64,000 nucleotides of DNA from Nemertoderma westbladi. Lineage: Eukaryota; Animalia; Xenacoelomorpha. The notes under the pieces are model-generated. The model ran no database searches and was not told the origin of the DNA. It saw only the letters and a program-made list of their open reading frames with translations. Of this stretch, positions 1-13,609 are shown in pieces. Location of the stretch: assembly GCA_032718475.1 (NCBI GenBank), contig JAUCBJ010006637.1:1-64000 (forward strand), read 5' to 3'. Position numbers and translations under genes: made by a program. Each line of letters begins with the position of its first letter. Position 1 is the stretch's first letter.

Positions 1-325
1 AGCACGAGGTCCAGTTATGAGATACAAATTAAAATTAAGCGACTGTATCACAAAATCAGGTTTTGAGAAATTTACCCACACCACCAATCAATCAAAGAAA
101 GGGGGACAGTACGTGTTCACCCCTTTTAATCCCCCCCCCCCCCCACCCTTCTCAACCACCAATACATAACCGTGACATCTACCACCCACGGAAGGGTAGA
201 ACGAACTTATTTCCAATCGCACGTTAAATATGCAAAGCCAGGTGGTGTATATGAATATAATCAACGCCGTACTCGTCTTAATTATTATAAGCGTCGTTCA
301 ATCGTTGCGCTCGTCCAGAGTAAGT
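1..325. repeat. Dispersed repeat, copy 1 (truncated by window start)
   Basis: Near-identical to 2418-2720 (AGCACGAGG...AAATATGCAAAGCCAGGTGG...), with a poly-C tract. A further partial copy lies at ~2805-2945. Confidence 0.8.
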
Positions 326-2000
326 CCCCCCCCCCCCCCCCCCCTATCAGAAAGATTTACTCAACAAAAAATAGTGTAAATAAATAAACAACTACAAGGA
401 TAAGAGGTCATGTGTAGGAAAGCTAATCAGACGATACCTTTACTAATATATTGAGCTGCATTGATCTATACATAGTAATGTTGGGTGATGGGGGGGGGGG
501 GGGGGGGGGGGTGAGGGGTAGGGGGTGTCTGGGTGGGTTGTTAGTATTAGGGTGCACAATATCGACGCACGCGCAGGAATGTGTTGATGTTTAATAGCAC
601 CGCATTCCCGCGTTAGAAAGCATCCCCAATTGGAATAAATAAATAAATTAAACGCGTTTCGTTATGTTCCTCGACTTATATTATTCTCTCCACGGACGAG
701 TTATTAGCTGCTAGACAGGTAGACCTAGTCCCCCACAACAACGGTCATACCTTCAATCAATCAATCAATTGAGCTCATATGAGCTCGTATATTAGTTTTA
801 TTTATAAATTGAAATCTCACGAATTAATAGGCCTATTAGCTGATTAGTGAACTATCATATGTTAGACCATATATATATATTATATATTGGACCTTATCAA
901 AATAGCGGTTGTACTGGGGCGGTATATGTTGTTCTCTAACCCACTGCAAGCGCATTTGAGGGGCCGGTATGTTTTAATAACTTCTGGTACAACGGGATGC
1001 AGTATTACAGCGCCAAGTAGATTTAATCTGATCAGAATATTCCGGACGCTAAGTTCATGTCATTCCCGATAAGTCGGGACTTTACAAAACTCGTGGATAA
1101 AACCGCGTGTAGCAGAGAGCAGATAAATTGGGTTGAATTGCAAAACAGAATAATATGGAACTGTAAGTGGAACTGCGGCGATTTGGGTTTTTTTGTTATG
1201 GTGAATAGTCAGCCTGTCCGCGATATGTTCAGCTGCCCTTTTTAATGGGTTGCAGGTACAAATGAAATACACATTGCAGTTACTAAAATAAAAGTGGCGC
1301 ATATTATTGTACATTTACAACAACAATTATATAAATGCAATATGCCTGATCCCTATTAATGTACTTTGTACCGCCAATTCTGTAATTCAATAACGCAAAG
1401 CCGCGTTTACTGTACAGCAGCACGTAATATATTTGATACTTATTATACTAACTAAACTAACAAACCGCAAGGCCTACTTACCGAAATAAATTAACTTTCA
1501 GTTAAATACAATATACTTGTTTGCTCTGTAAAAATTTTAATTAAAAACAATCCTGCCATTTAATATACCTAATTAGCATGGTTGCGTAAGCAGTATGAAT
1601 TGGAATGAAATTGTGAAATAATTTATTTAAACTATTATGTACATTTAGATTAAATAATAATACAGTAAGTTGGCCTACAGAAATAAACATTGATATTCGG
1701 AACAGTAAAACAATTATTTATTTCATTCATTCAACTAACCAGAGAGACTCATAGCTCCAGTGAATATTAACATCCCGACGTTACTTTAGTAATAATATTA
1801 ATGTCATTGAACCCGATACACACACACCTCCAATCAGCCAGTTCAATGGAGAGTGAGTGAATGGATGGCTACTAGCAGCAGCAGCAGTCTGCCTCTTACA
1901 AGCAAGGCTGACTGAATACCTCAAGTGTTGCTGGGAATCAAGCCAACTTGGATGTTAACCAATAAATGAGCAGTATTTAATGAGAATACATTTTTTATGC

Positions 2001-2945
2001 CGGTTTAATTACTTTAGATCAATTAAAGACACGATTATTAAAGCAAATCACTTGAACTAATTAAAAACTATAATAGAATGGAGTATGCGGATTACATCTG
2101 TATATTTTTTAAGTATAATTATTGAAGTCTTATACTGTAAAACAATTAATTTCCTTTAAAAGGCAGGTTGAAAATGGTGTTTTTACCGTAATCAACTTAA
2201 TTAACTAATTAACTGCTATTATCTTAGCTTCTCGAAGGCCACACGGAAATTCTACTTGGAAAATTTCTAAACTTTTGCCATACAACATGTGTACCAAGTT
2301 TGGATAGATTTCATCAAAGATTGGCCGAGTTATTAACGTTTAAAATTGAACACGACAGAACGACAGAACGACAGAACGACAGAACGACAGAACGACACGT
2401 TCGTGGGGACTTCGCGCAGCACGAGGCCTAGTTATTATATACAAATTAAAATGCAGCGACTGTATCACAAAATCAGGTTTTGAGAAATTTACCCACACCA
2501 CCAATCAATCAAAGAAAGGTGGACAGTACGTGTTCACCCCTTTTAATCTCCCCCCCCCCCCCCCCCCCCACCCTTCCCAACCACCAATACATAACCGCGA
2601 CATCTACCACCCACGGAAGGGTAGCACGAACTTATTTCCAATCGCACGTTAAATATGCAAAGCCAGGTGGTTTATAGGAATATAATAAACGCAGTACTCG
2701 TTTTCATTATAAGCCTCTTTGCGTTCGTCCTGTTTTGTATTTAAATATATTTCTTAAACGCAAGCTAGGACGATCTTTATAATAATAATAACTAGGGATG
2801 CGATCAATATGTGAAGCCAGGTGGTTTATATAATAATTTAGTCAACGCAGTACTCGTCTTCATTATATGCCTCGTTGCGCTCGTCGCTTGTCCTGTTTTG
2901 TCATAAAATATTTTTCCTAAACGCAGACTGACGATCTTTATACAG
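2001..2945. mobile_element. Putative non-autonomous Helitron/Helentron-like (HINE/DINE-1-like) element with (GACAGAAC)n microsatellite
   Basis: 2001-2396 is almost identical to 3517-3914. It contains TGTGTACCAAGTTTGG...TTCATCAAAGATTGG followed by (ACGACAGA)n at ~2352-2396, a motif-plus-GACA-microsatellite layout typical of HINE/DINE-1/Lep1-type elements. It continues into the repeat shared with 1-325. Family assignment is by resemblance only. Confidence 0.45.
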
Positions 2946-3516
2946 TTATAACTATGCGAAGTTTCGAAACTGTGCGAGTAACTGTTGATACATCTATGTG
3001 GAGATGTGTGATATGTGGAGATGTGTGATACAACGCCAACGCATCTTATGCCGATGTAGTAATATGGGTATTGAAATAATATTAAATCAATGTACACTCT
3101 TAAAGCTGCAGCGAAAAAATGTAGCTAATTTCCTAGGTTACATATAAAATAATAATATTATTTTTAAGAACATTAATTTTACTACTTTGCAAAAATTCAA
3201 TTAAAAAATAACCAGACATATACATTGTGGAATAAACTATTTCAGAAGCCTACAACAGCCATGCCATGGATTGTATTTATGTTATTATATCTGTCATTTA
3301 ACTGAGATAGCAATAGTAGTAATAGTCGAACGGTTATGCGGCCCGTCCAGCCTATAATAAACACAATTCAGTGATTGGGCTGGAATAGCAATACTGGTTG
3401 CCTCTATTACAATTCCTCTCAGGTTAGTCTACAGCCACAACTCCCAGCAGCTAGCTCCACACCAGCAGAGACTTGACCAATAATGGGAAGGATTAAATTT
3501 GTACTCAATAATTGTG

Positions 3517-3968
3517 CGGTTTAATTACGTTTAGATCAATTAAAGACACATTTATTAAAGCAAATCACTTAAACTAATTAAAAACTATAATAGAATGGCG
3601 TATGGGGATTATATCTGTATAATTTTTAAGTATAATTATTTAAATCTTATACTGTAAAACAATTAATTTCCTTTAAAAGGCAGGTTGAAAATGGCGTTTT
3701 CACCGCAATCAACTTAATTAACTAATTAACTGCTATTATCTTAGCTTCTCGAAGGCCACACGGAAATTCTACTTGGAAAATTTCTAAACTTTTGCCAAAC
3801 AACATGTGTACCAAGTTTGGATAGATTTCATCAAAGATTGGCCGAGTTATTAACGTTTAAAATTGAACACGACAGAACGACAGAACGACAGAACGACAGA
3901 ACGACAGAACGACAGGTTGATTAATGGTACCACTACGCTAAGGCTCACTCACTTCGTGGCTCGCCCCA
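3517..3968. mobile_element. Second copy of the HINE-like repeat with (GACAGAAC)n microsatellite
   Basis: Direct duplicate of 2001-2396. Microsatellite at ~3868-3914, then a GC-rich end GGCTCACTCACTTCGTGGCTCGCC. Confidence 0.45.
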
Positions 3969-4499
3969 CAGGTAAAAGTTTAACTTTTGAAGGTAATCAG
4001 CTGGTTACTTAAAACGTTCAACTTTGCAGCGTACTGTACTCCAATTGATTGTTGTACAGTAGTTGTGTTATGTTTACTTCCGTATATACTAAAATTATTG
4101 TTCTTGCAATTCGTTTAGACAAATCTAAAGTACAATAGGTCGTGTTATATTGCACACCAACGGTATCGATACGAACTTATATTAGAAGAAAGAAACCTAC
4201 TTTATCATACCTAAGATGACTGCGCTAAGTAAAGATTATGAAAGGGCAATTAGATAATAAATATAATTATCTTGATGGGGTGCAATGTAGCAATTTAATA
4301 GATGCATTTAAGAGGAGGATAGACATAAGACAATAGACTGGGTGATGGCATATAGGCCTACCTCCCCCAGCATAAAGCCAGGAAACCATTACAACTGGAT
4401 AAACTACTGAGGTTGGTCGTTTATCTCTTGGAGTTAAAAGCCTAACGAAACTTAATCAGTTCCGGGACTCGAACTCACGGCCATTGAGGAGGTGTTAGA

Positions 4500-7400
4500 C
4501 CGTCCTGCATCCTGAAAGTTCCATCTTGGAGTACCATGAAGTCCCATCTTGCAGTACCCTGAAGTCCCATCGTACAGTACCCTGAAGTCCCATCGTGCAG
4601 TACCATGAAATCCCATCGTGCAGTACTATGAAGTCCCATCGTGCAGTACCATGAAGTCTCATAGTGCAGTTCGCTGAAGTCCCATCGTGCAGTACCCTGA
4701 GGTCCCATCGTGCAGTACCATGAGGTCCCATCGTACAGTACCATGAAGTCCCATCGTGCAGTACTATGAAGTCCCATCGTGCAGTACCATGAAGTCTCAT
4801 AGTGCAGTACGCTGAAGTCCCATCGTGCAGTACCCTGAAGTCCCATCGTGCAGTACCATGAAGTCTCATCGTGCAGTACTATTAAGTCCCATCGTGCAGT
4901 ACCCTGAAGTCCCATCGTGCAGTACCCTGAAGTCCCATCGTGCGGTACCCTGAAGTCCCATCGTCCAGTACCCTGAAGTCCCATCGTGCAGTACCATGAA
5001 ATCCCATCGTGCAGTACCATGAAGTCCCATCGTGCAGTACCATGAAGTCTCATCGTGCAGTCCCCTGAAGTCCCATCGTGCAGTACCCCGAAGTCCCATC
5101 ATGCAGTACCTTGAAGTCCCATCGTACAGTACCATGAAGTCCCATCGTGCAGTACCCTGAAGTCCCATCGTGCAGTACCATGAAGTCCCATCGTACAGTA
5201 CCCTGAAGTCCCATCGTACAGTACCCTGAAGTCCCATCGTGCAGTACCATGAAGTCCCATCCTGCAGTACCCTGAAGTCCCATCGTGCAGTACCCTGCCT
5301 GAATTCCAATCGTACAGTACCCTGAAGTCCCATCGTGCAGTACCATGAAGTCCCATCGTGCAGTACCATGAAGTCTCATCGTACAGTACCCTGAAGTCCC
5401 ATCGTGCAGTACCCTGAAGTCCCATCGTACAGTACCCTGAAGTCCCATCGTGCAGTACCATGAAGTCCCATCGTGCAGTACCATGAAGTCCCATCGTACA
5501 GTACCCTGAAGTCCCATCGTGCAGTACCCTGAAGTCCCATCGTGCAGTACCATGAAGTCCCATCGTGCAGTACCCTGAAGTCCCATCGTGCGGTACCCTG
5601 AAGTCCCATCGTATAGTACCCTGAAGTCCCATCGTGCAGTACCATGAAGTCCCATCGTGCAGCACCATGAAGTCTCATCGTGGAGTACCCTGAAGTCCCA
5701 TCGTGCAGTACCATGAAGTCCCATCGTACAGTACCATGAAGTCCCATCGTGCAGTACCATGAAGTCCCATCGTGCAGTACTATGAAGTCCCATCGTGCAG
5801 TACCATGAAGTCTCATAGTGCAGTACGCTGAAGTCCTATCGTGCAGTACCCTGAAGTCCCATCGTGCAGTACCATGAAGTCACATCGTGCAGTACTATGA
5901 AGTCCCATCGTGCAGTACCATGAAGTCTCATAGTGCAGTACGCTGAAGTCCCATCGTGCAGTACCATGAAGTCTCATAGTGCAGTACGCTGAAGTCCCAT
6001 CGTGCAGTACCCTGACGTCCCATCGTGCAGTACCATGAAGTCCCATCGTGCAGTACTATCAAGTCCCATCGTGCAGTACCATGAAGTCTCATAGTGCAGT
6101 ACGCTGAAGTCCCATCGTGCAGTACCCTGAAGTCCCATCGTGCAGTACCATGAATTCCCATCTTGATCTACCATGAAGTCCCATCGTGCAGTACCATGAA
6201 GTCCCATCGTGCAGTACCATGAGGTCCCATCGTGCAGTACCATGAAGTCCCATCGTGCCTTACCCTGAAGTCCCATCGTGCAGTACCACGAAGTCCGATC
6301 ATGTAGTACCCTGAAGTCCCATCGTGAAGTACCATGAAGTCCCATCGTGCAGTACCATGAAGTCCCATCCTACAGTACCTTGAAGTCCCATATTGCAGTA
6401 CCATGAAGTCCCATCCTACAGTACCCTGAAGTCCCATCGTGCAGTTCTCCAAAGTCCCATCCTACAGTGCCTGGAAATCCCATATCCTAAGGTACCCCGA
6501 TGACAGCCCATGCTGCAGTACCCGGAAATCCCATCCTACAGTACCCGGTAGTCCCATCCTGAAGTACCCGAAAGTCCAAAATCTTACAGTACCCCGATGT
6601 CCCATCCTGCAGTACCCGGAAGTCCCATCCTGCAGTACCCTGAAGTCCCATCCTGAAGTCACCGAATGTCCCAAATCGTACAGTACCCCGATGTCCCATC
6701 CTGCAGTACCCGAAAGTCCCATCCTACAGTACCCTGACGTCCCATGCTGCCATACCCGGTAGTCCCATCCTGAAGCACCCGAAAGTCCCATCCTTCAGTA
6801 CCCCGATGTCCCTTCCTGCAGTACCCGGAAGTCCCCTCCTGCAGTACCCCGATGTCCCATCCTACAGTACCCTGATGTCCCATCCTGTAGTACCCGGTAA
6901 TCCCATCCTGAAGTACCCGGAAGTCCCATCCTGAAGTACCCCAAAGTCCCATCCTACAGTGACCGGAAGTCCCATCCTGAAGTACCCCAAAGTCCCATGC
7001 TACGGTACCCGGAAGTCCCATCCTGAAGTAGGCCTAACCACAGTTCCATCCTGTAGTACCCGGAAGTTCCATCCTGATGTACCCCTAAGTACCATCATGT
7101 AATACCCGGAAGTCCCATCCTGAAGCTCCCAGATATCCCATCATGTAGTTCCGGACGTCCCATCCTGAATTACCCGGAAGTCCCATCCTACAGTACCCTG
7201 ATGTCCCATCCTGTAGTACCCGGAAGTCGCAACCTGAAGTACCCCAAAGTTTCATGTTGCATTACCCGGAAGTCCCTCCTGCAGTACCCCGATGTCCCAT
7301 CCTGCAGTACCCGGAAGTCACATATCCTACAATACCCCGATGTTCCATCCTGCAGTACCTGGAAGTCCCCTCCTGCAGTACTCCGATGTCCCATCCTGCA

Positions 7401-10400
7401 GTATCCGGAAGTCCCATCCTGAAGTAGGCCTAACCCAAAATTAAATGCTGTAGTACCGGACGTCCCATCTTACATTACCCCGATGTCCCATCCTGTAGTA
7501 CCCGGAAGTCCCATCCTGTAGTATCCGGAAGTTCCATCCTAAAGTACCCCGATGTCCCATTCTGCAGTACCCGGAAGTCCCATCCTGAAGATCCCCAATG
7601 TCCCATCCTGCAGTACCCCGAAGTCCCATCCTGCAGTACCCCGAAGTCCCATCCTGCAGTGCCCGGAGGTCCCATCCAGAAGTACCCCAAAGTTCCATGC
7701 TACAGTACCCGGAAGTCCCATCCTGAAGTAGGCCTAACCCAAAGTACCATCCTGTAGTACCCGGAAGTTCCATCCTGAAGTACCCTGATGTCCCATCCTG
7801 CAGTACCCCGATATCCCATCCTGTAGTACCCTGAAGTCCCATCCTGAAATACGCCAAAGTTCCATCCTGCAGTACCCGGACGTCCCATCCTTAAGTACCC
7901 GGAAGTCCCATCCTACAGTACCCTGATGTCCCATCCTGCAGTACCCCGATATCCCATCCTGTAGTACCCTGAAGTCCCATCCTGAAATACGCCAAAGTTC
8001 CATCCTGCAGTACCCGGAAGTCCCATCTTACAGTACCAAGAAGTCCCATCCTGCAGTACCCCGATATCCCGTCCTGTAGTACCCTGAAGTCCCATCCTGA
8101 AGTACCCCAAAGTTCCATGCTGCAGTGCCCGGAAGTCCCATCGTGCAGTACCAAGAAGTCCCATCCTGCAGTACCCCGATGTCCCATCCTGAGGTACCCC
8201 GATGTCCCATCCTGTAGTACCCGGAAGTCCCATCATTAAGTAGGCCTAACCCAAAGTTCCATGATGCAGTACCCGGAAGTCCCATCCTGCAGTATCCCGA
8301 TGTCCCATCATGTAGTAACCGGAATTCCCATCCTGAAGTACCCCGATATCCCATCCTGTAGTACCCGGAAGTCACATCCTGAAGTACCCCGATGTCCCCT
8401 CCTGCAGTAACCGGAAGTCCCATGCAGTACATGGGAGTCACATGATGCAGTACCCTGAATCCCCATCCTGAAGTACCCCAATGTCCCATGCTGCAGTACC
8501 CTGAAGTCCCATCCTGAAGTAACCCAAAGTTCCGTGCTGCAGTACCCTGAAGTCCCATCGTGCAGTACCAAGAAGTCCCATCCTGCAGTTCCCCCGATAT
8601 CCCATCCTGTAGTACCCTAAAGTCCCATCCTGAAATACCCCAAAGTTCCATGCTGCAGTGCCCGGAAGTCCCATCGTGCAGTACCAAGAAGTCCCATCCT
8701 GCAGTACCCCGATGTCCCATCCTGTAGTACCCGGAATTCCCATCCTTAAGTAGGCCTAACCCAAAGTTCCATGCTGCAGTACCCGGAAGTCCCATCGTGC
8801 AGTTCCAAGACGTCCCATCCTGCAGTACCCCGTTATCCCATCCTGTCAGTACCATGAAGTCCCATCCTGAAGTACCCCAAAGTTACATGCTGCACTACCA
8901 AGAAGTCCCATCCTGCAGTGCCCCGATATCCCATCCTGTCAGTACCCTAAAGTCCCATCCTGAAGTACCCCAAAGTTCCATTCTGCAGTACCCGGAAGTC
9001 CCATCGTGCAGTACCAAGAAGTCCCATCCTGCAGTACCCCGATGTCCCATCCTGTAGTACACGGAAGTCCCATCCTGAAGTAGGCCTAACCCAAAGTTCC
9101 ATGCTGCAGTACCCGGAAGTCCCATCCTGCAGTATCCCGATGTCCCATCATGTAGTAACCGGAATTCCCATCCTGAAGTACCCCGATATCCCATCCTGTA
9201 GTACCCGGAGGTCCCATCCTGAAGTAGGCCTAACTAGTATCGGCATGCTGCATTGCAGCTACATTTTTAAGAATGCTGTGCCGGCTTATCGACAAAATTG
9301 CACCGCCACAACTCCCTATCACCCATGACATTTGTTAGATCATCCGCATCTTCAAGGCCAGTGTCCTTTAAGATGCGTCTCAAGAAAGTCATGGGCTGTC
9401 CACCATGGTTTATTCACTCCATGAGGCTGCCAAAGTACAAGATTATGCACTGGCTGGTCCTCACGGCGAAAGCAATGTCCTGCAAAGCGGAGGCGATTTT
9501 GTTCTAGTGTAAAGCTTGGGGGAACCAATGAGACACCTCCAATGATATATAGTGTCTGGTTGGAGATGTGTGCATTGGACTTGACACAATGAACCCGGCG
9601 TAGCATTCTTGTGAATGTGCCATCCAGAGATTTGGTGTCCTCAGCAGTTAGAGCCCAGCATGGACTCCCATAGAGGAGTACTGGAACTACTGCTGCTCTA
9701 AATAACCGGACCTTAAGTTTCCGATTAATTCTCGGTGACTTCCAAATCCTGGAAAGCCTATCAAAGGCTGCCCATGCCTTTCCCTTACGTATTCGAAGGT
9801 CCTCGCCTGACTTCCGGATCCATGATCCCAGGTAACAGAAGTCATCCACATGCTCAAGCATACCATCTTTTGAGCTTATGCTCATCCGATCAGAGACTTG
9901 CTGAGGACTTTCAAAGTTAACTGTCAAAATTTTGGTCTTTCTGGAGTTAATAAAAAGACCAACACTAGAAGCAGCATGTTCTAATGAGCTGAGGAGCCGT
10001 TGGGCTCCCTCTAGTGATTCTGAGAGTACTCCTAAGTCATCAGCAAAGTCTAGATCAGTTAGGTACTTGGCAGGATTTCCTCGACTTCTGGAGCCAGTAG
10101 GTGGAGTTATCATCACCCCATCATCATTATGATGATCTAAGAACATGCGTAGAACATAGTCAACAACAATTATGAACAAGAATGGTGCAAGTGTGTCTCC
10201 CTGGAGGACGCCCCATAACACTTCAAATGGTTCTGTGTCACCGTCAACAGTAGACACAAATGTTGTCGAGCCATCGTATACTGATCTGATTGCTGCAATA
10301 ATTTCATCAGGAATCCCATATAATGAAAGTATGCTGAACATACGTGAGCGAGAGACTGAATTCCCGTCCTGAAGTACCCCAAAGTCCCATGCTGCAGTAC

Positions 10401-10737
10401 CCGGAAGTCCCATCCTGAAGTACCCCAAAGTCCCATGCTGCAGTACCCGGAAGTCCCATAACCTACAGTACCCCGAAGTCTATGCTGCAGTACCCGGAAG
10501 TCCCATCCTGAAGTACCCGAAAGTCCCATATCCTACAGTACCCCGATGTCCCATCCTGTAGTACCCGGAAGTCACATCCTGTAGTGTTGCGGTACCCCGA
10601 AGTTCCATATTACAGTACCCGGAAGTCACATCCTGTAGTGTTGCGGTACCCCGAAGTTCCATATTACAGTACCCGGATTTTCCATTTACAGTAACCGGAT
10701 TTCCCATCCTGCAATGTCTTTTTACTCGGAAGTCCCA
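4500..10737. repeat. 23-bp tandem satellite (consensus GAAGTCCCATC(G/C)TGCAGTACC(A/C)(T/G)), interrupted by an RTE fragment
   Basis: Over two hundred head-to-tail 23-mers. Homogeneous to ~6450, then more diverged. Overlapping minus-strand ORFs with a 23-aa period are a by-product of the unit length. Confidence 0.97.
9234..10361 (-). mobile_element. 5'-truncated RTE-clade non-LTR retrotransposon (RT C-terminal half and 3' end)
   Basis: ORF 9352-10428 contains GVLQGDTLAPFLF, DLDFADDL, FCYLGS and RLRFAGHC. After a frameshift near 9405 the typical RTE tail (GQPMTF...DTGL...MGDRELWR) follows. The 3' end matches the second copy at 63885-64000. Confidence 0.9.
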
Positions 10738-12046
10738 TTAATTAAAAATTCCGTGGTGTATTTTTTATGATATATAATTAAAAAGTGGTGCGCCTAAATA
10801 TATTCTTCTGGAAAACAATTTAATGCTCGCGGCATATAATTTTTAAAAAATGAGTACCGTAGTGATGTGCAGTAGTAGCAAGTATAATCTATGCCGGTAT
10901 ACTGTACCGGTATTAAAATTAGGGAGACCTACTGAAACTGCTACCTGGAATTAGAATTGTTTAGTGACTTTTATTCTTTGTTTTGGTTAAAAAAATATCC
11001 TGCCTCTGTAACATCCTCCTTTCCCACAATTGGTACGTTTTAGTTAGAAGCCCGACTGAAGTAACCTGATACTTGTTCTTAATGGCTGTTATTTTCTAGG
11101 GTAATCCGAAAATGTGCCACATTAATAGAAAAATATAATTTGCAATAAAAATTGTGTCCGAGTAAATTAATTGGCCGTGACGTAAATTATGTAGCAGCCT
11201 AATTAAATAATGTGCCATTACAAACAGAAACAGGCGTTCAATCGTATAGAGTAAGTAGTAGTTTTGATAAAGTTGATGAATAATTACAATATATTAATTT
11301 TATTGCGATATCATGTACACCGTAAAGTGAGGAATTAATAGCACAATTAACTTAAATATATTTCATTAAATTTAGTAATTATTTAATTAAATAAATAATT
11401 ACATGCAATGTAATCAATTACGCATAATTACATGCAATGAAATAATGATTTAGTGGCACAACATGGTTTATACAACGCTATCGATTATTCTGTTGGGAAA
11501 TACCCACCCACCAACGTAATGCTGACAGTAAATATATGGTCGCCTAGAAGAATTATTATTAGCTTAATATGGAGCCAGTTCAGTACTGCTACATTAGTAG
11601 CAACCAACGCACGCCTTATTCATGTATTGGTAGACAATAGGTTTATGGGTACCGCCATTGCCTGCCTCTATCTATATTGAGTTTCAACAGCCCGACACAA
11701 CACAATGCCTTCCTCCCATGCAATATATCCTTTGAGTGATTAACATTTGGGGTACGGAGTACAGAGTCTGGTTTGCTTGCATAATGAGTTGGCAATCCCT
11801 ATAAATAATATAGCGCCATCTGTTGGAAACTTTAAAAATTAGCTCTTAAATAATATTGGAGTAAATAATGTAAATAATTATTTTTTTCGCCATTAATATA
11901 ACGATTTTTTTATAGTTGTATAATATATTTGTGATCTACAAATTTTATGCAAATATATTTGATAAACATAAGGTATATTATATTTATTAATACAAATTAA
12001 AAATTTATTAAACAATCTAAATTTATTACACACTCTTAAGTAACTG

Positions 12047-12115
12047 GCCGCCATTTTGAATGACGTAGGGCTTAGTATATAAAGCAACGTATAACCGGAA
12101 ATCCCCCTCTTTCTC
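12047..12115 (+). promoter_or_regulatory. eEF1A core promoter: YY1-like, CRE-like, TATA, ETS-like and TCT/TOP initiator motifs
   Basis: GCCGCCATTTTG 12047-12058, TGACGT 12061-12066, TATATAAA 12076-12083, CCGGAA 12095-12100. The pyrimidine tract TCCCCCTCTTTCTC 12102-12115 lies ~30 nt after TATA, as expected for translation-factor TOP genes. Confidence 0.75.
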
Positions 12116-12220
12116 GTCATTTACATTGCTAAAATTCTCTGTTTCGTTGCAGTGATTGTAGTTGACACTCATAGGCCAACGACTGTGTAATTTGTTAAAG
12201 GTATAAATCTAAATCTCACA

Positions 12221-13609
12221 ATGGGAAAAGAAAAACTCCATATCAACATCGTAGTTATTGGCCACGTAGATTCCGGTAAATCGACCTCAACCGGTCATTT
12301 GATTTACAAATGCGGCGGAATCGACAAGCGAACCATTGAGAAGTTTGAGAAAGAGGCTCAGGAGATGGGTAAAGGCTCGTTCAAGTACGCCTGGGTTCTG
12401 GACAAACTGAAGGCGGAACGCGAGCGAGGCATTACCATCGACATCGCCTTGTGGAAATTCGAAACCGAGAAATACTTTGTGACGGTAATCGACGCGCCGG
12501 GCCACAGGGATTTCATCAAGAACATGATTACGGGAACCTCGCAAGCTGACTGCGCGGTGCTGATCGTGGCTGCCGGAGTCGGCGAGTTCGAGGCGGGAAT
12601 CTCGAAGAATGGACAGACGAGGGAACACGCGCTCCTCGCCTTCACCCTCGGGGTCAAACAGATGATCGTCGGAATTAACAAGATGGATTCAACCGAGCCG
12701 CCCTACAGCGAGGATCGTTTCAACGAAATCGTCAAGGAGGTGTCAACTTATCTAAAGAAGGTTGGCTACCAACCCAAAGCGGTCGCTTTCGTCCCGATAT
12801 CCGGGTGGCATGGAGACAACATGATCGCCCCCTCGGCCAATATGGGCTGGTTCAAAGAGTGGACGATGGAGCGCAAAGAGGGAAACGCTAGCGGGAAGAC
12901 GTTGTTGCAAGCCATGGACGCGATCCTCCCGCCCAAACGGCCGTTCGATAAGCCGCTCAGGTTGCCCCTCCAGGACGTCTACAAGATAGGCGGGATCGGG
13001 ACGGTCCCCGTTGGCCGTGTCGAGACCGGGATCATTAAACCCGGAGTTATCGTCACCTTCGCCCCGCAGCAGTTGACCACCGAAGTAAAATCGGTCGAGA
13101 TGCACCACGAATCGCTCGCCGAGGCCCTCCCCGGAGACAACGTCGGCTTCAACGTCAAGAACGTCTCCGTCAAGGATATAAAGCGAGGGAACGTGGCGGG
13201 GGACAGTAAGAACGACCCGCCCAAGGAGGCGGCCTTCTTCACGGCCCAGGTCATCATCCTGAACCACCCGGGGGAGATACACGCCGGGTACGCGCCCGTC
13301 CTCGACTGCCACACCGCGCACATCGCGTGCAAGTTCGCGGAACTCCGCGAGAAGATCGACCGACGTTCCGGTAAGAAGTTGGAGGATAGCCCCAAGATGG
13401 TGAAGAACGGGGACGCGGCCATAGTCGAGATGAAGCCGAGTAAACCGATGTGCGTCGAGTGTTTCGCTGAGTATCCGCCGTTAGGGCGGTTCGCCGTAAG
13501 GGATATGAAGGTGACCGTCGCCGTCGGGGTCATTAAGGGAGTCGATAAGGTGGAGCGCGCCGGGAAGACAACCAAAGCCGCGCAGAAGGCCGGCGGAAAG
13601 AAGAAATAG
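12221..13609 (+). CDS. EEF1A: Eukaryotic translation elongation factor 1-alpha, intronless CDS
   Basis: 462 aa. [34 protein letters not shown] and NKMD GTPase motifs; opisthokont ~12-aa insertion ([12 protein letters not shown]); ends [12 protein letters not shown]3- and CpG-rich compared with the flanks. Confidence 0.99.
   Translation: MGKEKLHINIVVIGHVDSGKSTSTGHLIYKCGGIDKRTIEKFEKEAQEMGKGSFKYAWVLDKLKAERERGITIDIALWKFETEKYFVTVIDAPGHRDFIKNMITGTSQADCAVLIVAAGVGEFEAGISKNGQTREHALLAFTLGVKQMIVGINKMDSTEPPYSEDRFNEIVKEVSTYLKKVGYQPKAVAFVPISGWHGDNMIAPSANMGWFKEWTMERKEGNASGKTLLQAMDAILPPKRPFDKPLRLPLQDVYKIGGIGTVPVGRVETGIIKPGVIVTFAPQQLTTEVKSVEMHHESLAEALPGDNVGFNVKNVSVKDIKRGNVAGDSKNDPPKEAAFFTAQVIILNHPGEIHAGYAPVLDCHTAHIACKFAELREKIDRRSGKKLEDSPKMVKNGDAAIVEMKPSKPMCVECFAEYPPLGRFAVRDMKVTVAVGVIKGVDKVERAGKTTKAAQKAGGKKK

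Noticed and set aside
172-3097. Short ORFs in the first 3 kb
   Set aside because: They lie in dispersed non-coding repeats, and frames are not conserved between repeat copies.
4475-9328. Many long overlapping ORFs (MGLQGTARWDF... repeats)
   Set aside because: They are translations of a 23-bp satellite; all three frames give the same 23-aa cycle.
4500-10737. CRISPR-like array of 23-bp repeats
   Set aside because: Units are head to tail with no unique spacers, there are no cas genes, and the context is eukaryotic.
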